Shown in pieces: positions 29,239 through 35,572 of a stretch of DNA of 64,000 nt. Position 1 is the stretch's first letter, and each line of letters opens with the position of its first letter. The DNA comes from Parcubacteria group bacterium Greene0416_39 (GTDB lineage Bacteria > Patescibacteriota > Minisyncoccia > Minisyncoccales > UBA10102): contig VMEU01000003.1 of NCBI GenBank assembly GCA_007375675.1, positions 8,692 to 72,691 of the forward strand, in the 5' to 3' direction. The notes under the pieces are model-generated. The model was given only the letters and a program-made list of their open reading frames with translations. It was not told the DNA's origin and searched no databases. A program made the translations under genes and the position numbers.

Positions 29239-29601
29239 ATGCTAGTCATACGCTTACATCGCACGGGAAGGAAGAATTATCCTTCATATAAAATCGTTGT
29301 GACGGAAAAACAAAAATCCTCAACCAGAGGCCGTTTTGTGGAGCAAGTTGGATTTTACAATCCCGCAAACAAAGAAAAAATACTGAAAGGGGACAGGATA
29401 AAATACTGGATTTCAGTGGGAGCCCAGCCCTCCGCAACCATTCACAACCTATTAATACAGGAGAAAGTGATTGAGGGCAAAAAAATCCCCAAGCACAAAA
29501 AATCCAAGAAACCCGCCCCCACTCCTGTTGCGTCTCCTTCCTCACAAACACCTCCTGCCGTTCCCACTCCTCCCACGCCACCCCCTACGGTGGCTGCTTG
29601 A
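29239..29601 (+). CDS. rpsP: 30S ribosomal protein S16 with Pro-rich C-terminal tail
   Basis: MLVIRLHRTGRKNYPSYKIVV...GFYNP. Confidence 0.93.
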   Translation: MLVIRLHRTGRKNYPSYKIVVTEKQKSSTRGRFVEQVGFYNPANKEKILKGDRIKYWISVGAQPSATIHNLLIQEKVIEGKKIPKHKKSKKPAPTPVASPSSQTPPAVPTPPTPPPTVAA

Positions 29602-29626
29602 CAATTCCCAAAGTCCATGCTATACT
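29598..29626 (+). promoter_or_regulatory. sigma70 promoter TTGACA-17-TATACT
   Basis: TTGACA at 29598-29603 overlaps the rpsP stop. TATACT at 29621-29626. Confidence 0.65.
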
Positions 29627-29673
29627 GTTGGTATAGCTGAATTTAAGGTTTTTAGAGGGAAGAAGAATAAACC

Positions 29674-29955
29674 ATGGATGATTACAATACCATGGAGGGA
29701 CTGATCACCAAACTGACTGGCTCTTGGATGACTGGCTCGGAACAGGGGACAGTCTCTCCGGTGGCGTTCATGGAAGCGCTAGAAATCCTCGGGAGGTTGC
29801 AGACCTCAGTAAGGAGTCGGCACTCCGAGTTGGAGGAATTCGTTGCTGCTCCAACGCCGGATAAAGCCACCGTCCTTCTTGCGTCAATAGAAGAGGCTCG
29901 GAAAGAAGGACGGACTCGTATGGCCCGGCTGGAGGAACTGGGACCTCCGATCTAG
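29674..29955 (+). CDS. hypothetical protein (93 aa)
   Basis: GC-rich ORF after a consensus promoter. No family recognised. Confidence 0.5.
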   Translation: MDDYNTMEGLITKLTGSWMTGSEQGTVSPVAFMEALEILGRLQTSVRSRHSELEEFVAAPTPDKATVLLASIEEARKEGRTRMARLEELGPPI

Positions 29956-30146
29956 CAAACAGGGCGAGGGAAGAGAGTCTAAACAAAAAAAGACTCGCTA
30001 GTACCTCGCCTACACACTTGAGTCTCGAACAGAAGTTGGAGCTTCAAGTGTGTGGAAAGTTCTTTGAGAATATTGTGTAATGAGTGACCTGCTGTTCGTG
30101 AACCATTCGTGACCAGCAGGGCGCTCATTCAAATATAAAGGGGGTC

Positions 30147-30383
30147 ATGACAGTGGCACAACAAAAGAAGCGGTCACTAAGGGAACTCAGGGAACGGGCA
30201 AAGCCTGCGATCAAGGAGAAAAAACTGGTGATGATTGCGCAATACTCTACTCCAAGCGCAGCATACGATCTTACCATCCTCAACAACGCCAATGAGGAGT
30301 TGGCACAGGCCTGTCGATGGCTCGCCATGATCCGGCGAGACTACGGCGCAGAGGCGTTTAAGGAGGCTACCCAAGCAGAGTAA
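30147..30383 (+). CDS. hypothetical protein (78 aa)
   Basis: ATG after AAAGGGGG. No family recognised. Confidence 0.5.
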   Translation: MTVAQQKKRSLRELRERAKPAIKEKKLVMIAQYSTPSAAYDLTILNNANEELAQACRWLAMIRRDYGAEAFKEATQAE

Positions 30384-30443
30384 CCTGGATCCTATAGCAC
30401 GCCACGGCACAAAACTTAGTGCCACGGCACGTAAAGGAGCTCC

Positions 30444-30575
30444 ATGTTCACGACTCTTCAGTGCACGAAATGCCGGGTATACTTTAATGCCAACACCTAT
30501 AATGGACTCCATTGTCCTTGCTGCAGAGGATTGCTCAAAATCGTTACCGTTTTCCTCTGCTGCTGCCACTACTGA
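30444..30575 (+). CDS. 43-aa Cys-rich mini-protein (zinc-ribbon-like CxxC...CxCC, C-terminal LCCCHY)
   Basis: Not in the track (under 60 aa). ATG follows AAAGGAG. MFTTLQCTKCRVYFNANTYNGLHCPCCRGLLKIVTVFLCCCHY. Confidence 0.4.
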   Translation: MFTTLQCTKCRVYFNANTYNGLHCPCCRGLLKIVTVFLCCCHY

Positions 30576-30742
30576 TTGACCACCACCTAACCACAAGGTT
30601 GCATAAACCATCCAGGGGGAATCTTCTGAGGGTCCGAGCGCCAATCTTCAGGAATTCCCCCCGATCCCTTAAGCCCAAGGCTAGGCCTTGTGCCAATGCC
30701 GTGGGTTTAAGAGATTGGAAGTTCTTTCAAAAGTCTTCACAA

Positions 30743-30822
30743 CGGCGAAATGGACATTAGCTAGAAACACTCAAGAATATGACTGATTGGAGTGAAAGAC
30801 AGAGTTAGTGTTCATCTCGCCG
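30743..30822. repeat. long-hairpin repeat B, copy 1
   Basis: CGGCGAAATGGACATTAG (30743-30760) pairs over 18 positions (1 mismatch) with TTAGTGTTCATCTCGCCG (30805-30822). Same arms as copy 2, different interior. Confidence 0.6.
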
Positions 30823-30857
30823 CTCTGGAGAAAATCTGGCGTGAAAGGAGGTGTCGC

Positions 30858-30932
30858 ATGGCAGACCGCGGCATTTGCGACCAATGCGGGAAGGTCCGCA
30901 TATTAATTCACAAAGATGGGAAGGAAAAGTGA
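30858..30932 (+). CDS. 24-aa CxxC mini-ORF
   Basis: AAAGGAGG then ATG. MADRGICDQCGKVRILIHKDGKEK. Directly follows repeat B1. Confidence 0.3.
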   Translation: MADRGICDQCGKVRILIHKDGKEK

Positions 30933-31031
30933 AGCAAGAGGAGAGTTGATAAGCGTAAGTTTCTCAATTCTACCCTCGCTTCAGAAATGTTCTTTCTCTG
31001 AAATTTATAGCGAGGAAAGGAGGTGAGGACC

Positions 31032-31307
31032 ATGGGCTTGGACCTAGGTCTCTACCTCAGGAAGGAGGAAGGGAGCTTCTTCGTAGGTTCCACGAACTTA
31101 TCAAGTGGGGGCAAAACCCCCATGCGAGAGTTCACGAACCTCGAGGAGGCCCTAGCGTTTGTGCAGCTTGAGCGAATCAGGCTGCCCTACGAGGACTTTG
31201 ACGTGGCAGGCTTTGCCACGTACAAGAAAGTTCTCCACGCAAGGATCAACTCGGAAGTCAGCGAAGAGCTGGCAGAAGAGTTGTCGGCTGCCCTTGAGAA
31301 CGAGTAG
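31032..31307 (+). CDS. hypothetical protein (91 aa)
   Basis: AAAGGAGG 8 nt before the ATG. No family recognised. Confidence 0.5.
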   Translation: MGLDLGLYLRKEEGSFFVGSTNLSSGGKTPMREFTNLEEALAFVQLERIRLPYEDFDVAGFATYKKVLHARINSEVSEELAEELSAALENE

Positions 31308-31377
31308 CCGTCCTTTCCAAAGGGGGGAGAGTTACCGGTTCGCAAAAGCATTACGCCAAGCGAATCCTCCCCCCTCT

Positions 31378-31413
31378 CCATCAAAGTTCACAAACATTTG
31401 CGGATTCTGATGG
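31378..31413. repeat. hairpin repeat A, copy 1 (diverged)
   Basis: CCATCAAAGTTCACAAACATTTGCGGATTCTGATGG, preceded by the GGGGGGAG...CTCCCCCC stem. Confidence 0.55.
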
Positions 31414-31446
31414 GGGAAAATAAATCTGTAAGTGGAGAAAGAAACA

Positions 31447-31779
31447 ATGCCCCTAGCAGAACTTTTGGAAAAAAGATACGGCAATAAGTATACGTACCTT
31501 CACATCGGCAGAACATCCAACCTCACGTTTTTGAAGCCAAATAGGTTTCACATACAAGGTCGTCTTCCTACCTTTTGGGTCTTTGTGACAACTGTGGAAT
31601 TCGTCTGCGAGTGGGCGATCTTTATAGGCGAGCTTGGCCCAGCCTACCTCTATGGGATCCGCGAACAAGATCTTCCTCCTAACTACGCGCTCGAGGAAGG
31701 AATCAATGGCTGGGATCGTGGCGATATACGGATTGTCACAGAACACCTAATTCCCGTTACATACCTAAGAGAAGTTTAG
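31447..31779 (+). CDS. hypothetical protein (110 aa)
   Basis: ATG at 31447 after GTGGAGAAAG. No family recognised. Confidence 0.5.
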   Translation: MPLAELLEKRYGNKYTYLHIGRTSNLTFLKPNRFHIQGRLPTFWVFVTTVEFVCEWAIFIGELGPAYLYGIREQDLPPNYALEEGINGWDRGDIRIVTEHLIPVTYLREV

Positions 31780-31843
31780 TTTTCTCTAAAGGAAGACTTT
31801 ATGGGGCGTGAAGATATGCACTTCAATTACTGCACGCCCCTCT

Positions 31844-31884
31844 CCATCAAAGTTCAAGAAACTATTTCGTGGATTTTGATGGGG
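31844..31884. repeat. hairpin repeat A, copy 2
   Basis: CCATCAAAGTTCAAGAAACTATTTCGTGGATTTTGATGGGG, identical over 41 nt to copy 3. Preceded by the GGGGCGTG...CACGCCCC stem. Confidence 0.7.
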
Positions 31885-32000
31885 TTAGAATCAAAGTCTT
31901 GATTCTAACGGGCAAATTAGTGAGCTTTAACGAACGTTAAAATTTGCCCTGGGGTTTGCGAAAGCAAACTACCTTACATCCCAGAGCACTTTTACACAAA
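31885..32000 (+). ncRNA. candidate structured RNA segment (unclassified)
   Basis: Back-to-back perfect hairpins: TTAGAATCAA/TTGATTCTAA. GGGCAAATT/AATTTGCCC enclosing TTTAACG/CGTTAAA. CTGGG...CCCAG enclosing GTTTGC-GAAA-GCAAAC (GNRA loop). No ORF. Confidence 0.35.
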
Positions 32001-32008
32001 CTTCATAG

Positions 32009-32093
32009 CGGCGAAATGAACATTAGTTAATTCAGGACCACAAGTTATTGATTCGTTACAGAGATCCAAAGAGAATTAGTGTTCAGCTTGCCG
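32009..32093. repeat. long-hairpin repeat B, copy 2
   Basis: CGGCGAAATGAACATTAG (32009-32026) / TTAGTGTTCAGCTTGCCG (32076-32093). Confidence 0.6.
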
Positions 32094-32114
32094 CGGTGGA
32101 GTGCTTCAAAAGAA

Positions 32115-32207
32115 TTACTGCTTGCGGGGTTTGGGATTGTAGAGGAAAGCCACCGTAATCATTAGTATACCCACGAGAACCCCGACGATTGTAAGAAGAG
32201 TAGTCAT
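32115..32207 (-). CDS. 30-aa single-TM micro-protein
   Basis: MTTLLTIVGVLVGILMITVAFLYNPKPRKQ. Third ORF of a tight tandem. Confidence 0.4.
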   Translation of the reverse strand: MTTLLTIVGVLVGILMITVAFLYNPKPRKQ

Positions 32208-32212
32208 GTTAT

Positions 32213-32311
32213 TTATTGTTTAGCATTTTTTGCGATGATAAAAATACCAAGACTTACAAGTCCGATAATAATATATGCAAGAAGAAGTTGATCAGTAATA
32301 GTAAAGTTCAT
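32213..32311 (-). CDS. 32-aa single-TM micro-protein
   Basis: MNFTITDQLLLAYIIIGLVSLGIFIIAKNAKQ. Lies 4 nt after the 63-aa ORF. Confidence 0.4.
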   Translation of the reverse strand: MNFTITDQLLLAYIIIGLVSLGIFIIAKNAKQ

Positions 32312-32315
32312 ACGA

Positions 32316-32507
32316 TTATTTTTGTAGGTAAATACTTATTACAAGCGTACCCATCGCAACAGTTGCCCCAACCATAAATACAGAAAAGGGAACCGATCCG
32401 ATGGCCGTAGGCACGAAGAACCCAATCACGGTAGAAGCAACTAAGATTTTGGAAATATCAGAGAAATACTTTGAGAGAGCATCAACCTGTTGATTGTTCA
32501 ATATCAT
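32316..32507 (-). CDS. 63-aa two-TM membrane protein
   Basis: MILNNQQVDALSKYFSDISKILVASTVIGFFVPTAIGSVPFSVFMVGATVAMGTLVISIYLQK. Confidence 0.5.
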   Translation of the reverse strand: MILNNQQVDALSKYFSDISKILVASTVIGFFVPTAIGSVPFSVFMVGATVAMGTLVISIYLQK

Positions 32508-32516
32508 GATACTTTG

Positions 32517-32546
32517 AGTATAGAAGTTTTATATCAATGATGTCAA
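32517..32546 (-). promoter_or_regulatory. promoter TTGACA-18-TATACT, 9 nt before the ATG (near-leaderless)
   Basis: Reverse complement of 32541-32546 is TTGACA and of 32517-32522 is TATACT. Confidence 0.6.
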
Positions 32547-32664
32547 GCAAATATCTAATCTCTCAAGCTCACCACCGAAGTGATGGGTTTAAGAGATCGT
32601 TCAGATTCTGAAGAATCTTCAGATTCGATGAATTGGACAGCACCTTAAAGTAAGAGGAGGAGTA

Positions 32665-32907
32665 ATGCCAGAAGAAATCGACTTGGATCAAGTTAGTGTT
32701 TCTCCTAATATGCACAGCACATGGGAAGCGATCACCACATCTATGGCAGAACTCTTGCATCGACATGGAATCTTGCTGAGCGAAGTAGACGAGAAGGCAC
32801 GAGTTGAGGGAGACGGAAGCTTGACGATTTTCGCTAAGCTGCCCATGGGAGAGGTTTCGCTTCGCGTACCTCCTAGAGAGTGGGCATATCGCTTTCCCAG
32901 AAATTAA
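32665..32907 (+). CDS. hypothetical protein (80 aa)
   Basis: TAAGAGGAGG before the ATG. No family recognised. Confidence 0.5.
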   Translation: MPEEIDLDQVSVSPNMHSTWEAITTSMAELLHRHGILLSEVDEKARVEGDGSLTIFAKLPMGEVSLRVPPREWAYRFPRN

Positions 32908-32951
32908 AGAAGGGTTCCGCTGGAGACCAGAAAGGAGAATCCATCCAGCAC

Positions 32952-32992
32952 CCATCAAAGTTCAAGAAACTATTTCGTGGATTTTGATGGGG
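32952..32992. repeat. hairpin repeat A, copy 3
   Basis: 41 nt identical to 31844-31884. Preceded by the GCTGGA...TCCAGC stem. Confidence 0.7.
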
Positions 32993-32993
32993 C

Positions 32994-33023
32994 TTGACAC
33001 TTCTCTTGAATCTACGATACGAT
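32994..33023 (+). promoter_or_regulatory. candidate promoter TTGACA-18-TACGAT for the KH gene
   Basis: TTGACA at 32994-32999 immediately after repeat A3. Confidence 0.45.
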
Positions 33024-33091
33024 ATTTGCAGAACACCGATAAACAGAATGGCAAAGGTCGAAGCATTGAATTGAACACACGAATTGCATAT

Positions 33092-33397
33092 ATGGCAGAA
33101 GAAACACCAGAATACCAGAATCTTCTAGACTATGTGGTGAAGGCATTGGTAGACCACCCAACAGACGTTGTAGTAGACCGCAGGGTAGACGAAATGGGTG
33201 TTCTCCTTCTCTTGAAAGTGCACCCCGAAGACATGGGCCAAATAATTGGCCGCGAGGGTTCCACTGCAAGAGCAATACGAACCATTATTCGTATTTCAGG
33301 GCTCAAGAACCACGCTCGCGTGAACCTCAAAATTGAGGAGCCCGAGGGCGGAAGAGGCCCAAGAGCAAAAGAACCTCTGGAAGATCTGAAGATTTAA
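33092..33397 (+). CDS. KH-domain RNA-binding protein (YlqC/UPF0109 family)
   Basis: LLDYVVKALVDHPTDVVVD...HPEDMGQIIGREGSTARAIRTII. This is the usual partner of rpsP. Confidence 0.85.
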   Translation: MAEETPEYQNLLDYVVKALVDHPTDVVVDRRVDEMGVLLLLKVHPEDMGQIIGREGSTARAIRTIIRISGLKNHARVNLKIEEPEGGRGPRAKEPLEDLKI

Positions 33398-33420
33398 CTT
33401 TGTAATTGTGAGCGAATTGT

Positions 33421-33456
33421 GAGCGAAAAAGCGGGGTCTGTCCCCGCTTTTTCGCT
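33421..33456 (+). terminator. rho-independent terminator
   Basis: GAGCGAAAAAGCGGGG tctgt CCCCGCTTTTTCGCT. Confidence 0.7.
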
Positions 33457-33460
33457 ACAT

Positions 33461-33691
33461 ATGGAGATCGTCGAGGAGCAGGTCTCGCCGACCTGCACCG
33501 CCTGCCTCCCGGCTGACCAGGCGGGTCCGCCCGCAACCCAGGCCACCTTCCAGTGCCCAAACGGACACTTCAGTTACACCACCAAGTGCGGGATCTGTGG
33601 ACAGGAGTCCGCGGGGCTCTACACCTGGCACGGAGGTCCGTGCCAGTACTGCCCAAAGGAGGAAGGATTAGTGGCTGTAGAAAGCTACTAA
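33461..33691 (+). CDS. Cys-rich zinc-ribbon-like protein (76 aa)
   Basis: CTAC, CPNGH, CGIC, CQYC. No obvious RBS. Confidence 0.4.
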   Translation: MEIVEEQVSPTCTACLPADQAGPPATQATFQCPNGHFSYTTKCGICGQESAGLYTWHGGPCQYCPKEEGLVAVESY

Positions 33692-33745
33692 TTCTCCTGC
33701 TAACCGCCAAATGATCTGGCGGGATATAAAAAAGGTCTATAGAGA

Positions 33746-33777
33746 AACCCCAGGGCTGCATCGCGCAACCTGGGGTT
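33746..33777. terminator. bidirectional hairpin terminator
   Basis: AACCCCAGG / CCTGGGGTT between convergent genes. Confidence 0.6.
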
Positions 33778-33792
33778 TTAACTTTGGCAACT

Positions 33793-34146
33793 TCAGGACA
33801 GGTCAACGCCGAGCTTGTCGCGGATCACTGTTTTGAGACGGTTGAGGTCATGTTTCATAATGGTGAATTCATCTTCCATGTCGGTCATACGCTTAAGGAA
33901 TTTATCAAGAGTTGTGATAAGACGATCCATTTTCTGATTAAAACGCTCCTCCAGCTGTCCCATTCTTCGATCGAGCATTTCTACTTTTGAATCAACGAGT
34001 TCAATGCGTTTTTCAAGCAAAAGAAACTTTCCGTCTTGTCGTGTAAACTTCTCATCAACCGCATCCAGAATGGTACGCGTTTGACCATCTAAGAGTTTCT
34101 CGATGTGTGCCACTGTAGGCACTTGGACAGCTTGTTTTTTTAACAT
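33793..34146 (-). CDS. coiled-coil protein (117 aa)
   Basis: Heptad-rich LLEKRIELVDSKVEMLDRRMGQLEERF. TACAAT lies 6 nt before the ATG. Confidence 0.6.
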   Translation of the reverse strand: MLKKQAVQVPTVAHIEKLLDGQTRTILDAVDEKFTRQDGKFLLLEKRIELVDSKVEMLDRRMGQLEERFNQKMDRLITTLDKFLKRMTDMEDEFTIMKHDLNRLKTVIRDKLGVDLS

Positions 34147-34191
34147 AGATTCATTGTAAGTCTTCAGGAGGAGGAAAGAGTACCTTAAACT

Positions 34192-34512
34192 TTAGACAAC
34201 TGGATGAAGCTTTGTTTCGAGGTTGCCGACGCGGTGTTTAACCGCAGCAAATTCATCACGATCCACTTTGTCCTTAAGGCCGTGTTTGATAGTTTGCACT
34301 GTAACCTTGATTACTTCAACGTCATCTCTAAGCGCATCAACTTTTTCGGGCAATTCTTCAAGCCGATCCAAACGCTGGTTGGCGACTTCTACTCCCTCCA
34401 ACACTTGTTTTACGTCTGACTGAACAGCCTCAACCGTGACTCCGACTTCCCTGATATCTTTCCGCAAACCTTCAGTGGCTTCTTCGATAATTTTCTTGAT
34501 GTCGTCTGCCAT
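34192..34512 (-). CDS. coiled-coil protein (106 aa from MADDIKK)
   Basis: TTGACA-16-TATAAT lies 7 nt upstream of the ATG at 34512. The track ORF extends to a TTG at 34581. Confidence 0.6.
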   Translation of the reverse strand: MADDIKKIIEEATEGLRKDIREVGVTVEAVQSDVKQVLEGVEVANQRLDRLEELPEKVDALRDDVEVIKVTVQTIKHGLKDKVDRDEFAAVKHRVGNLETKLHPVV

Positions 34513-34620
34513 ATAGTTCATTATAGAAGCCGTATCTATGATGTCAATGTCTCCATCGAAGTCTGAAAAAAGATTCCGCAAGGATCCTGGAATTGAAAAT
34601 TTACGAGAGATAATGCTACA

Positions 34621-35364
34621 ATGCAGCGGAAACGCTGTTTTCTGTTTACTATGATAACCTTTGACGTCATCACAATCTTTCCAGAACTTGTTGAGGCCTT
34701 TGGGAAAGAGTCGTTGTTAAAACGCGCGCAAAAAAAGAAGTTACTGAAAATCCAAGCCCACGATCTCAGGAAATGGGCAAAAGATAAACACAAGACTGTG
34801 GACGATAAGCCTTTCGGCGGAGGATTGGGAATGGTTTTGCGAATTGAACCGATATACAAAGCGGTCACCGCTTTGAAATCCGAAGCACGAAATTCGAAAT
34901 CCGAAACAAATTCGAAATTCAAAAGCTCACAATCTAAAACGATACTATTCACTCCTCGGGGAAAAAAGTTCACGCAGAAAATGGCGTATGAGTTTTCAAA
35001 GTTCAACCAGCTCATTTTTATCTGCGGAAGATATGAGGGAGTAGACGAAAGAGTGGCAAAGCACATTGCAGACGAGGAGCTTTCAATTGGAGACTATGTT
35101 CTTATGGGAGGGGAGATCCCTGCAATGACGGTTATTGAGGCTGTAGCCCGCCTTATTCCAGGAGTGGTAGGCAAGCCAGCCTTCCTCAAAGAAAGGCTCA
35201 TAAAGGGCTCTGGGGGGCCTAAAAACGGGTTTATAGAGTATCCCCAGTATACCCGCCCTGAAACGTTTAAAGAGTGGAGGGTGCCAAGAGTTCTGGTTTC
35301 TGGAAACCATCAAAAAATAGGGGAGTGGAAAGCAAAACATGGACAAATTGTTGGCAAACAGTAA
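34621..35364 (+). CDS. trmD: tRNA (guanine37-N1)-methyltransferase TrmD
   Basis: MITFDVITIFPELV, GRYEGVDERV, GDYVLMGGE. GATAAT lies 6 nt before the ATG at 34621. An alternative start is the ATG at 34651. Confidence 0.9.
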   Translation: MQRKRCFLFTMITFDVITIFPELVEAFGKESLLKRAQKKKLLKIQAHDLRKWAKDKHKTVDDKPFGGGLGMVLRIEPIYKAVTALKSEARNSKSETNSKFKSSQSKTILFTPRGKKFTQKMAYEFSKFNQLIFICGRYEGVDERVAKHIADEELSIGDYVLMGGEIPAMTVIEAVARLIPGVVGKPAFLKERLIKGSGGPKNGFIEYPQYTRPETFKEWRVPRVLVSGNHQKIGEWKAKHGQIVGKQ

Positions 35365-35389
35365 AATCTATGCTACATATTTATGATAG

Positions 35390-35471
35390 GGGCGGTTCGT
35401 ATAGCGGCAATTACGCCACGCTGTAGACGTGGTGCCTTCGGGCTTCAGGGGTTCGAGTCCTCTACCGCCCA
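35390..35471 (+). tRNA. tRNA-Tyr (GUA), long variable arm
   Basis: GGGCGGT...CCACG CTGTAGA CGTGG TGCCTTCGGGCTTC AGGGG TTCGAGT CCTCT ACCGCCC A. Confidence 0.85.
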
Positions 35472-35489
35472 CAGTCGGGGTGATTTGAT

Positions 35490-35560
35490 GCCGAGGTAGC
35501 TCAATGGTAGAGCACGTCATTGGTAATGACGCGACAAGAGTTCAATTCTCTTTCTCGGCT
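35490..35560 (+). tRNA. tRNA-Thr (GGU)
   Basis: GCCGAGG TA GCTC AATGGTA GAGC A CGTCA TTGGTAA TGACG CGAC AAGAG TTCAATT CTCTT TCTCGGC T. Confidence 0.85.
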
Positions 35561-35572
35561 CATAATCAATAA

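Noticed and set aside
29500-29601. Pro/Thr-rich C-terminal tail of S16 (PAPTPVASPSSQTPPAVPTPPTPPPTVAA) as a separate feature.
   Set aside because: It is continuous with the rpsP frame. It is likely a lineage-specific low-complexity extension rather than an independent element.
31378-32992. Interpretation of repeat A hairpins as integron attC sites delimiting gene cassettes.
   Set aside because: I could not find the RYYYAAC/GTTRRRY core sites. No IntI-type integrase or attI is nearby, and the ORFs carry their own SDs and some their own promoters.
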